This document shows positions 24,040 through 36,253 of a stretch of 64,000 nucleotides of DNA, one piece after another; the first letter of the stretch is position 1, and every line of letters begins with the position of its first letter. The notes below the pieces were generated by a model. It was given only the letters and a program-made list of their open reading frames with translations. It had not been told where the DNA came from and made no database searches. The position numbers were made by a program, and so were the translations under genes. The DNA comes from Azolla caroliniana (lineage: Eukaryota > Plantae > Polypodiophyta): the NCBI GenBank assembly GCA_043228905.1, contig JBHGNT010000003.1:3782001-3846000 (forward strand), written 5' to 3'.

Positions 24040-24880
24040 CAAATCATAGATGGAATGAATGTGCGACTCGCCGCTTTCGAGGCGGGTAAGCAAGCATACT
24101 ATGCATTTGAGAACACATGCAATCTTGGAGATATTAAGTGTTGGGTCCTCAAGAAATATCTTTTCGACACTTTGGTGACACCGGTTCTTCTCTATGGGGT
24201 GGAAGTATGCGGCGGTAGCATCCCTAAATCTATGTGGAAAGAGTTTGAAAATGTCCAAAAACATTTTCTTACAAAGTTTCTACAAGTTAAGAAACAAACG
24301 CCCTACACCCTCCTCCTTGAGACGGGATCACTTCCCATTGAGATCATGGCCATGGAAAGGGTTGTTGAATACATGCTTAAGGTTCAAAAAAGTTCCTCAC
24401 ATCGACTTCCTAGAATTGCATGGGAAGCAAACAAAAAGATCCAAAAGACGCATAAAAGCAAAATTTTGTGTTCTGGTTGGATGCAAGATATAGAAAAATG
24501 GTTTGGTAGATGGGATGCAAGACACTTGCTTCATGATACATCACTAGATTCCTCTATAAATGAGGCATTTTTGCAACTCCAATGTATCATGACATGGGAC
24601 AAATGTGGAGGCTCACGCTTCACACATTATACTACACATGTTGCACGTAACTACAAAAGCATATTCTTTGTGGAACGGGGAAACCATACACATCGATACA
24701 TGTTAGAGCCCATACTGTTATTTGTCATTCGAACCATTGCTTCCATGCAACTTAGCTCACATGCATTGTGATGTGAGACAAGGCGTTGGGGCACTAGTGT
24801 TGAGAGTGGTCAACTATGCACACTTTGTCCTAAAAACAAGTTCGCGAGTCTAAGTATCACACTCTGATGTATAGTTTTCC
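24040..24880 (+). mobile_element. 5'-truncated LINE, ORF2 C-terminal region
   Basis: LFDTLVTPVLLYGVEV, LLETGSLPI, QLSSHAL*CETRRW, CTLCP zinc-finger-like segment. Confidence 0.8.
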
Positions 24881-24889
24881 ATGTAATTC

Positions 24890-25630
24890 TTGGTTCGACA
24901 CTGAATGTAAGATGTATCTCAAATGGTTTAAGTCCATAGAAGGGGATAATGAAAAGATTGTTGCATAGCACCTATATAAGAAGGTAGTGAGGAGAAAGAA
25001 AAGAAGATATTTCCAAACGCAAGAGATGAAAAAGAAAAACTTGTTTAAGCTCAAACCAAAATTAGCATGGGGACAACTCAAGGGTAAGAAAGAATATGTC
25101 ACTTTAAAAATGAAGAGATGTTAGACTATGTACAAACTTGACTATCTATGCATGAAGGTGTGGCTCCTATGGTTGAGAAAATTGAAACATCATGCACTAC
25201 ATGTATTGATATTAATTATGTCAAAAGGGACTAAAGAGAATGACGAGTGAGAAAGCAACAGATGTAACCTATGTCTCAAGTGAGCTTTTAAAATGGACAA
25301 GGCCACATACTCATCATTGGATAATGACAATTATAGAGCAAGCTATAAAACAAGGTTTTCCAAATGATTGGTTTTTTAATTGGATTAAACCAATATTTAA
25401 AGCCGAAGATAAGAATTAAGTATCAAATTATCATACAATAATGGTGAACTCAACTATTGCTAAATTATATGGCACTATTATGGCGCAAAAGATAAGCACA
25501 TGGGCTGAAAGTACAAGCAAAAGACCACTTGGGCAATCTGGATTTAGACCAAAACACTCGAATGTGGATCATTGGTCACATTGAGAGTAATCATGGAAGA
25601 GAGTCGACTACAAGGAAAAACACTTTATTG
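24890..25630 (+). mobile_element. Decayed LINE ORF2, RT N-terminal half (continues at 29979)
   Basis: WIKPIFKAEDKN*VSNYHTI...AKLY...GQSGFRPKHS..DH...IMEESRLQGKTLYCC. Confidence 0.82.
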
Positions 25631-28600
25631 TTGTAACCGTCGGTTGGCGAAGAAACAGAGCTCGAGATCGTTACCTCCGAGTCTCTAATTGTACGTTTCT
25701 CATAAAGTGATAGTTTGGAGTCTGTTGGCTCCCATGGTTTTTTTTCCCTATTAGGGTTTTCCACATAAACATCTTGTGTATTTCCTTTGTGTACTCTCCA
25801 CTTCCCATTTCTGTGATTCATGGCTCGGTTGTGGCCGCGCAATATTCCGCGCTATTCTCTTCAATCTGGTATCCGAGCAAACAACACAGAAAATGGAAGA
25901 ATCGTTCGGCGGCATGTTCAAGCTCACCGGCTCCAACTACTCAGTGTGGAAGTCGAAGATGAGGGATATGTTGGTGGTTAAAGATCTTTGGTTGCCAATT
26001 CAGTTCGGGGAAAAGAGATAGGATAAGATCAATGACAACTTCAATGAAGAGAGCAAGGCTTATGAACTCTGGGAGAAGATCGGCATCATGTTCCAGAACA
26101 AGAATGTTGTTAATCGGGTTTCGGTAATCCAGAAGCTAGTGAGGCTCCGGTACCAGGACGGCTCCAGTATGGCGGAGCACATGAATGTCTTCCATGGACT
26201 GATCCACCTAGCAACCTCGTTGGAAGTACCTCTTATCGATGAGGTACTCACATTACTCCTACTCGGTTCCCTCTCGGATAGTTGGGAGACGATAGTTGTC
26301 ACGTTGGGCAACGCCGGGCCGGAAGGAAAACAGTTGTCCCTAGCAAGGGTAAAATCAAGCTTGCAAGATGAAGAAGCTCGCCGGAAGGACCGGGAGTCCA
26401 GAACCGATCCGAAGGCCTTGGTCATGGAAGATGACCACAACCGGACAAGAGGCCGGAATCGGAGTCCCCAAAACCGGGACAAATCGGGGACGAGGTCAAA
26501 GTCAAGGGGGAGGCCTACTTGCTTCTATTGGGGGAAGCTGGGCCACTTCCAGAAGAATTGCCGACATTTCCGGAAGGAGAAAGAAACCGGCACCACTGAT
26601 TCGAAGAAGAGTTCGGACCGCAAAGGCCCGGATCGGAAAGGAGCATCGGCAATCACAACAAGTGAAGAGGAACTGATGCTCATCACCGAGGAGAATGAGT
26701 TAAACCTTGTCGGCGACGAGACAACGTGGGTTGTCGATTCCGGACCATCGTTCCACCTGACACCAGATCGGGGATGCTTCTCATTCTACACAGTCGGTGA
26801 TCATGGTTGTGTCCGGATTGGGAATGAAGGGACGTGCCGAATTATCGGCATAGGAGATGTGTTGTTGTCGACATCAACCGGATGCAAGGTGCTGCTGAAG
26901 GATGTCTGGCACGTTCCGGAGGTTCGACTGAACCTGATATCAGTCGGTCGGCTAGATGATGAAGGCTACACGGGTAGCATCCAGAACGGAGTTATGAAGT
27001 TCAGCAAAGGGAGCCTAATAGTGGCTCGAGCCCAGAAGGTCAACACTCTATACTTGATGCATGCCCGGATATGCCGGGAAGAAGTGAATGTAGCATCCAA
27101 CACTGCCGGTGAGTTGTGGCACAAGAGACTGTATCACATAAGTGAGAAGGGGATGAAGAGGCTTGCTAAAGACAACCTCAATCCGGTGAAGGACGTGGAA
27201 CTTGAGAAGTGCACCGATTGCTTGGCCGGCAAGCAAAACTGAACCGCCTTCCGGTCACGACCACCGATGAGACGGAATGCACCACTGGAGTTGGTGCATA
27301 CCGATGTGTGTCAAGTGGACACGAAGTCACATGCCGGATCACAATACTTCGTGACATTCATAGATGACCACAGCCAGAAGTTGTGGGTCTCACCACTAAA
27401 GACGAAGGATCAAGTGTTATCCGTCTTCAAGGAACTCCACGCGATAGTGGAAAGAGAAACCAGTCGGAAGTTGAAGGCGGTTCGAGCAGATAACAGAGGA
27501 GAATATCGGGGGCAGTTTGAGGAGTATTGTTGGTCGAAGGGAATCCGGCTCGAATTTACCGTGTCGAAGACACGGGAACTAAACAGGTTGGCTGAATGGA
27601 TGAACCAGACCATAATGGAGAGAGTCCGGAGCATGCTTGCACATGCCAAGTTACCCAAGACGTTTTGGGTTGAGGCACTGACGACGGTGACCTATGTGAT
27701 AAACAGATCACCCTCAACACCCTTCGAAGGAGACTCACCTCAGAAAGTATGGACCGGCATCTAAAGGTGTTCAGGTCTCTCGCTTACGTGCATGTGGCGG
27801 AGGACAAGAGAGCAAAGCTCAATCCGAAGTCCCGGCCATGCATATTCCTTGGATACGGCGATGATGAGTTAGGTTTTCGGGTGTGGGATATGGTCGACAA
27901 GAAGGTGTTCCAGAGTCGAGACATAGTCTTCATGGAAGACAGGACCATTGTCGACTGGGAGTAGGAGAAGAAGGCGATGAACTCCGGATCATCCAATGAA
28001 AACCGGTTTGAGGACACAAGTACCTACCCAGTTGAAAACCGGATTTTGGTCGGCAACCTGAGGACACTCGACGAACCGGCCGGATACAGACAAGAAACTG
28101 ATCCGACCAAAGAAGAAGAAGAAGAAGAAGAAGAAGAAAGGGAAGTAGACACCTAAACCGGACAAGATCCCGAATTGGATTCAAATGAGGAACAAACGGA
28201 GGAACCGGTAGTCAAAAACCTAGGACGGAGATATCCTCTCCGAGAGAGAAGAGCCCCCAGAGATTTTCGGATGTAGAGCATGTGTTGTTGACCGATGAGG
28301 GGGAGCCGGAAAGCTTCGAAGAAGCAAAGAGAGACACCCACAACCGCAGGTGGTTGAGTGCCATCACTGTGTGTTTGTGAAGAAATTTGACGGATGAGAT
28401 TTCCTGATACTCCTCCTATATGTGGATGATATGTTGATCGTCATACGAGACCAAGGCAAGATTCGGATGTTGAAGAAGGCTTTGAACCAGACCTTCTCAA
28501 TGAAGGACTTGGGTACGGCAAGACAAATATTGGGAATGCACATCATCCGGGACCGGTCGAAGAAGTTGTTGTGGTTGTCACATGAGAAGTATGTGACAAA

Positions 28601-29978
28601 GGTGCTTCAACAGTTCAACATGTCAGAGGCGAAACCGGTCGGATCGACACTTCTGGCAAACTGCAAGCTATCCAAAAAACAAAGCCAAAGGACAAAGGCA
28701 GAGTAGACGGATATGATGAAGATACCATATGTCTCTGCCGTTGGAAGCTTGATGTACCCGATGGTTTGTACCCGGCCGAATATCGGATATGCAATCGGAG
28801 TGGTAAGTCGGTTCATGAGGAATCACGGAAGAGAGCATTGGAACGCGGTCAAGTGGATACTCTGGTATCTGATAGGCACCTCGAGTATGTGCCTCCGGTT
28901 CGGCTCCGGTAATCTCCAACTTGACGGATTCACGGATTCGGATATGTCGGCTGATGCGGATACCAGTCGGTCTACATCTGAATATGTCATGACTTATGCA
29001 AGGGGAGTTGTTTCGTGGCAGTCGAGGCTGCAAAAGACGGTTGCGTTGTCAACCACAGAGGCGGAGTACATGGCAGTTGTAGAAGCCGGCAAGGAGATAA
29101 TCTGGATGAAGGACTTCATCGAAGAGCTAGGAATCCAACACGAGGAATATTGGCTCTACTGCGACAGTCAAAGTGTCATCCACCTTGCAAAGAATGCGGC
29201 CTACCATTCCCGAACGAAACATATCCAGCGAAGATACCACTGGATCTTAGAGAGAGTAGAAGATCAAGAGTTCGTGTTGATGAAGATCCACACGGAGGAG
29301 AACGGGTCGGATATGCTGACCAAGGTGTTGACAACCGACAAGCTGGACGCATGCCGAAAGCGGATCGGGCTGACAAGACATCCCATGCCGGAGTGAAGGG
29401 GGAGATTGTTGGGAAATCGGTCCCTCCAGATGGGATCCGGTTATGAATGAAGAGGACCTGGTGAGAACTGGAAGAGATCCTGAAACCGGATCGGATGGAC
29501 CCGTGAGAACCGGAAGAGATCCGGAAACCAAAGGAGACTCGGAAGTGAAGACATATTCGTAAATATGTTTTGAGTAAGCCTATTGATGCTATATTTATAA
29601 ATAGCCCTAAGTTCATATAAGTATAAATATGACTTAGGGCAATGACTTTATGAGTGGTTGTTCATATTGTTGTAATCGTTGTACAGAGAGCAATAGAGAG
29701 AGAGGGGGGATACAGAGCGATACTTTGTTGCAACCGTTGGCTAGCAAAGAAATAGAGCTCGAGGTCGTTGCCTCCGAGTCTCTGATTGTACCTTTCTCAT
29801 ATAGTGATAGTTTGGAGTCTATGGGCTCCCGTGGTTTTTTTCCCTATTTGGGTTTTCCACGTAAACATCCTGTGTATTTCCTTTGTGTACTCTCCACTTC
29901 CCATTTTTGTGTTTCATTCCCATTTCTGTGATTCAAGGCTCGGTTGTGGCCGAGCAATATTCTTCGTTATTCTGTTCA
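25625..29978 (+). mobile_element. Ty1/Copia element of the same family as element 1, defective, 5' LTR truncated
   Basis: Partial 5' LTR to 25863; PBS TGGTATCCGAGC 25867-25878; gag MEESFGGMFK at 25893; pol ends RHPMPE at 29396; PPT GAAGGGGGAGA; 3' LTR 29407-29978 homologous to the element 1 LTRs. Confidence 0.93.
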
Positions 29979-31404
29979 CCAAATTGATGCCACATGTTAT
30001 CTTATTGCTTCTATATGTAGATGATATGGTTCTCTTCTCATATGATGTTGATAGTATGCAACATTTACTTGGGGTATATGAAGAATTTTGCCATAGTAGT
30101 GGACTAGTAGTGAATGTGGAGAAAACAAAAATGATTACAACGCAAACCATCCAACCTCATCATTTTACCCTATGCTCACATGTAGAGATTAACATATACG
30201 ATTTGTTCAAAGCTTTAAATATCTTGGTATTAATGTACCCCCACAAATAAATGAAGTGCATGCTTTGATTCTAGGCTCCAAGCCGTTTGGAAATCGTATT
30301 ACCTTTTGGGGAACCAATGCAACCAAAGTGATACTTGTGGATGTGAAGTAAAACTAATGCCGTTCATATTTGGAAAAAAAAAACTAATGTAGTTCAATGC
30401 GATGGTAACTCAAGTTTTGCTTTATGGAGTAGAATTTTAGGTTGGCACCCTCTCTACTAATGCATGGAATAAGATTGAGAAAATACAAAATATGTTATTA
30501 AGGAGGCAATTAGGAGTTAAATGCATTACCTCTTGCCAAGTTATGATCTTGTAAATAGGTGTTCAGCCCATAGAAATATTGGTACTCCAAAGAGTATATA
30601 GATACATTACAAAAGTCAAGAATATGCCGAATCATCAACTACCACATCTTGCTTGGAATGTTGGATGTAAGCTACAAAAAAATCATAAGAGTAAGATTCT
30701 CTCATCAGGTTGGGTTGTTGACATAAGGAAATGGTTTAGAAGATGGGGTGTGGATAATCTTTTAGACCTTTCGGGCGATGTTATGCATTATGTAATGATT
30801 GAGGAAAGGTTGGCAGAATCATTAAGGATGAAATGGGAAGATGTTAAGGGGACAAAGCTAGAATACTACATTGCAAATGTCAACCCTAAATGGTGGTCTC
30901 AATATAAAGAAAGAATGCCTATTGATCGTATCCAACCTTATCTCATTACCAATATGCGTAGTCATGCTCATAGAATCCTTACACTACTCCGCAATCGCTC
31001 TCACAAGTTAGGTATTGAAGTTGCATCCGTATCAAAATGTAACGAAATTGAAGGCATGTAAAGTATGCAATGAAGGCATGGTAGAGGATGAATGTCACTT
31101 GCTCTTCACATGCTTGACATATAGTGCAATTCGTTCAAGATATGTTGACATACTAAGAGGGAGTGATAATCATACTTAAGACACCACCTAGAAGGTTTAG
31201 CTCATATGTGTATGCTTTATTCATGCATAGAGAATTTGTGCTTCAATGTATGAATACCCCTTCTTAGGAAGGGTAACATATCAAGAAGACATGTATACTC
31301 TAGTCCCATAAGTCAACCCCCCCCCCCCCCCAATCCTGTGTGCTTGTCTCATAGATTGCAATCGGTCTTCCATGAACATTAAAAAGATACCTATCTATCT
31401 ATCT
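29979..31404 (+). mobile_element. Decayed LINE ORF2, RT C-terminal half and 3' end with short (ATCT)n tail
   Basis: LLLYVDDMVL, GLVVNVEKTKM, FKYLG-like, VLLYGVE, LRNRSHKLGIEV, VEDECHLLFTC; tail CTATCTATCTATCT. Confidence 0.85.
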
Positions 31405-32092
31405 AATAAAGAGTATGATGTAAGCTCTTCGAATTTCTTTCAATAAAATATTAGGAAAATGCATTGTGCGTCAACTAGGGACATAGAAATTTCTAGATAT
31501 ATGAAGGTCCAAGGTAATATTACCTCTAGTACGAAGGATGAATTTGATGTTTTCCTTAAGTTTAATGGGTTGTTAGTGTGTGCATTCATACATGTGGCCC
31601 ACTGCGGGTTAAAGTATCTTATCAATTCTTCTATGAGTGCATGTGAAGTTTCAATTTGTGGGAAAATGGAGTTCTTAATATTCAAACATGCTTTCAAATG
31701 TTTTGTTCTTTTGAAGGGAAATACGATTGTTTCTTGTGGAAACAAAGTGAACATTTTTAGGATATAACTCCTGAATTTTTCTTTATGTTCCCAAATGTTG
31801 TCAATTGACGCCTAGAAGAGTGCCATCATTATGAGATAATGAAAATGCATAGACATTATATCATAAAACATTGTGTTATCAAGAATGACTATCGTAAAGA
31901 AGACCATTGTGCAAGAAAATCACATGATAGTCTAAATGTTTTTAATTGTGACCAATAAGGAAAGTTGAGTTGTACGGAAAATTCTCCTTGGATCGAGTTT
32001 TCACAATGAGAGCTAGAATCCAATGCAAATGTAAGAAGTCACAATTACCCATAATATCAACAAGCTTCCCATCAATTGGCACTCACTTACAT

Positions 32093-32272
32093 GTTCAAGT
32101 AATCACACACACACACACACAAAAATCCCTAAATTTGTGATATAAAAAACGATATCACATCAATGTACCACTAGTCCACTACTAGTAAGCTTGTTGGTTC
32201 AAGTAATCACAAATAAAATCCCTACAATTGTGATATCGAATGCACGTACCATCAGTCCACTACGGGTAAGCC
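32093..32272. repeat. Two diverged ~80-bp direct repeats
   Basis: gttcaagtaatcac...aaatccct...gtgatat...gtacca..agtccactac..gtaagc occurs twice. Confidence 0.65.
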
Positions 32273-35200
32273 ACAATCTAAGATCCATGAACTTGCACAA
32301 ACTCACTTGCTAGGGATCTCAAGTGACATTTCATTTGAACCATTTTTTATTTCAATATAAATCTCATTGTCCTCGTGCTAACATTTGTGTGTTTAACAAG
32401 ATGTGTAATATCTAAATTGAGAAAAATATTGTATTCCATATATTGTACAAACCAGTGGTCAAAAAGAGCGCTTGTGATTGTATTATAGTTTTCAATGGTA
32501 TAATTATATAAAGACCTATTGTATTTTGAGTAATTTCATGAATTATTTTTTAAAGTTGATATAGAACATTATTAGCTATGTGGATCAAGAGAACTTGGAA
32601 TAGTGCAAAGGCCATGTTTATGATAGATCATGACACCATAATATATTGGCCACTCTTAGAACTGTTATTATTGGATGCCAAGGTTCTACCAAGCTATGAA
32701 GTGAAGGCGTGCATTTAGAGTTTGAATTATTGAACTTTAAACTTGCTAATTTCTATGGAAAAAAAATGCAAATGATTTTCCTGAAAGTTCGTAACAGTGG
32801 AACAAAAAGTTCATCACATTGTCCCAAATTCCAATTATGTGTATATAATAGCTTATATTTATTACATGCTTTGAACACTTATTAGTGCCCATTTAAACCA
32901 TAAAATTATATTGTGTTGTGGGTCTAGAACAACTCGAGATGGAGGATCAAAACTAGGTTGGGGAGGGAGGAATGGGGGGGGATGAAAGAGGAATAAGCGC
33001 TCATTTTGTTACCAATTTTGTTTTGTTGAACATACGTTTTCTCATAATGAAATTATTTGAAGAATCCTTTACAAGATAAACCCTTATATAATGGGTGTTG
33101 GCTTGATCATGCTTAGTTGTTCACAATATGCCTTAGCTAGATCCAACTCATTATCATTGTTCTCACATGAACCGACTACCATAGTCTCGACTAAAAGATA
33201 AATCCTTGTGACATATGTATGTTGTGAAATGTTGGTAAGATCATATTTGATCTTGTAGAATTAAAATCATACACAAACCATAACTTGGAACCACTCATAA
33301 GCAAAATAATAATGGTTGATGGAGAAGAGTTTTGGATCCAATAGTCAACCTCTCATACAAATTCTGAAATATAAATTTGATACAATCATGTTGATTACGC
33401 TCTTGTAAACCAACAATATCCAAAATATTATATATAACTAAAAAAGTTACATTTCTAGGTATTACATACACCAATGTTATATATCATGCGTAAGATAAGA
33501 CATGGTGTGAACCCAATGAATAGAATAGTAGAATATTTTGAGCATTATAAAAGGAATCACTCATCGAGAATAAAAAAAACTATCTTGAAGACACGATCGA
33601 TGGCGTACACAATGCTATGTAGAGCACAACTAAATTCGAAAAAGAGGGTTCATAAATGGCATTGAACCCAAATGTTAGATTAATCCTCGAAGGCTCCTTA
33701 TATAGTATGGGAACCAACTCCTTATAATGCATGTGATATAATTAGGTGAGAAGATCTTTAAAATATTTTGGCATTTTCTATGGACTATTTCTTTTATCTT
33801 GTCATTAAAATAGACTCGTTAAGAAGCTTTAGATTATTTGATTGGAATATTCTCAAATGTTTTGAACATTTTAGATAGAACCTTTGTGAACATTAAGAAG
33901 TTGGAATATTCACGTACATTCTAGATAGAATCTTCTAGACGTTATGCAATATTCTTGAAATATTCGAATATGATGAGTAACAATTGTCAACCATTACCAT
34001 ATACGTATGAAATAAATGTGGTCATCACACACATGATCTCCCTCCAATAATGGTGTGATGTGGCTAGAGACAGAGTACTTGGTTTGATTATTAAGGTGAT
34101 CTTTGTGAACCTCAACCCTATTTATCAAGAGCATTGACCAAATTCAAGGTGTAGAGATTATCCCTCCAAACCATGAACTAATTGCATGCACATTCTTGAG
34201 AACCTTCCAAAAACATATACCGAATTGGATATGGTACAAGCAATTGTTCCCAATATTACGACTCAAAATATATGTGAAAGATTGTTAGGCTAAGTGAGTT
34301 CTCTATATTAGATGTGTCTCATACCCTTAGCTAATTTCACCCTCAACAATAGTCAAATTGGTAGGGCACAATCCGACACAGACTTTGCAAGCAATAGATT
34401 TGTCGAATTCAAAGTGAATATGACCACAAAATCATTGGGATGGTACAATTCTTTCATACAAATATTGGGTGGTCATAGGATGTCGAGATGCATAACTATC
34501 CAATTGAGCCTCGTAGCTATGCAACCAATGAAAAAGGCATCCCACAAGCATACTTCTGATCTGAACGAGAGTTATTGCAAGCAATGAGGATAACCTCTAG
34601 GCTCTACCCCCTCTATATTAACCCAAGTTTGAGAGAAGGGCAACCTAAAGACCCCACGGGTAATCAAGTAATTATCAAACCATACCTTCAACTTTGTGCA
34701 CATGTAATTGATATCTATTTTGAACAAGTACATCTCAAAGAATGAATTAATGTAGTGACTTTGACTCATAACATCATTTAACATCTCAAACACACAAATA
34801 GTATAAAAATCTTGAACAAAGAGATGATGATGACATCAATTTGGTTTTTCTTCTCTTCAATGACTTTCATACCCCTATGTGCATTGATTGAGAAGTTCTT
34901 CAATGGAGTTGGAGACCTAACCAATGGCAAAATCTCGCACTAAAAAGTGACACTTTCCATCCATTCACTTTCAAACCTTCTACTAATAGTTCCTATTCAA
35001 CTTGGACAAATGGATTTGTCATTCCATTGTGCATATATCTTGTTTGATGCATGCAAAGACTCAATTTATGATTCCAAGATCATAAATCTGATACACAGGA
35101 TCTCTACTAACATGCATAAGTGATGAGGGAATGGCTAGACGGCTCCTACTGTGCATAGGTAAACACAAGGCCTCGACAACATCAAACTAAAGCAAAAAGA

Positions 35201-36253
35201 GTATAATTAAGTTTTTGATGGAAATTCCAACACAAGCAAAGTACAAAATCAAGACATTGCTGTCTAATTCTCACATCAAGGGAAATGCCATTTCAATCAA
35301 GAGATCATTCAAAAGTTAAATGTTCAACCATTACTTTGCATCAAGAACATACTCCCAACTTCAATGCTTGCATCTAAGTTTCAAACCCAATAAACTGGAA
35401 TTATATATCAAACATAGAGACCAAAACCCAAAATCAAACAATTCAAAAACAAATAAAGTGCACAAAAAAATGGTTACACTGCACAAAAATAATCCATTCA
35501 ACCTATGAACAAATAAACCAAGAAATTAGGGGATATTTTTTTCAAAGAAATACAAATCCAAAACTACATAATTTGAAAGAATCTTTATGCATACGCGACG
35601 ATTCTACATAATACTTTCTATTAAATAGCTTTTTAAAACCAATAAACGGTACTCTATTAGTATTTCAAGCCAGCAACCCAAAACCAGCTGACTGATGTAG
35701 TGATTTAGGCTTTGTCTAATAGTCAGCAAAGGAATTCAACATTCCATAAAGTGAACAGACAATACAGCCGATGTTTATGCCTGGAGGAATCAACCTGTCG
35801 ATATTTCTAACTGAACCTCAAAATTTCTAACTGAATTTTGATATTTCTAAGTGAATCTCTCATCAACATGACCACAAACAAGTATACAATATAATGTGAT
35901 TTTGAGCTTAAATTCGACAGGTCTTGCCACCAACTAGATGAAAAAAATGAATATATATTGTACACTCACAGGGTTAATTACGCCTTACATACACACGAAG
36001 ATTTAGTAGCATTAATATGGTACATCATTCTTTTAGCCCGCATTCGATATCAATTAGCAAGAAAATACACAGAGTTAAGAAACTGGTGTCAAGAGCCTTG
36101 TTTCCATGAGTGGCAACGCCTTCGGTGCTCTAAGAACCTGCAAACAAAGTATAAAATGGATCAAATACAACATTCACAAAACACTTTTCACTGAAAAATC
36201 CTTGATCATATTTTAGGTATATATAATCCATTTGCACCCGTTGGATTGTTTTC

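Noticed and set aside
36138-36240. Possible 3' UTR intron of MRG
   Set aside because: A good acceptor (TTTGCAG on minus) exists, but the donor is weak and there is no transcript evidence.
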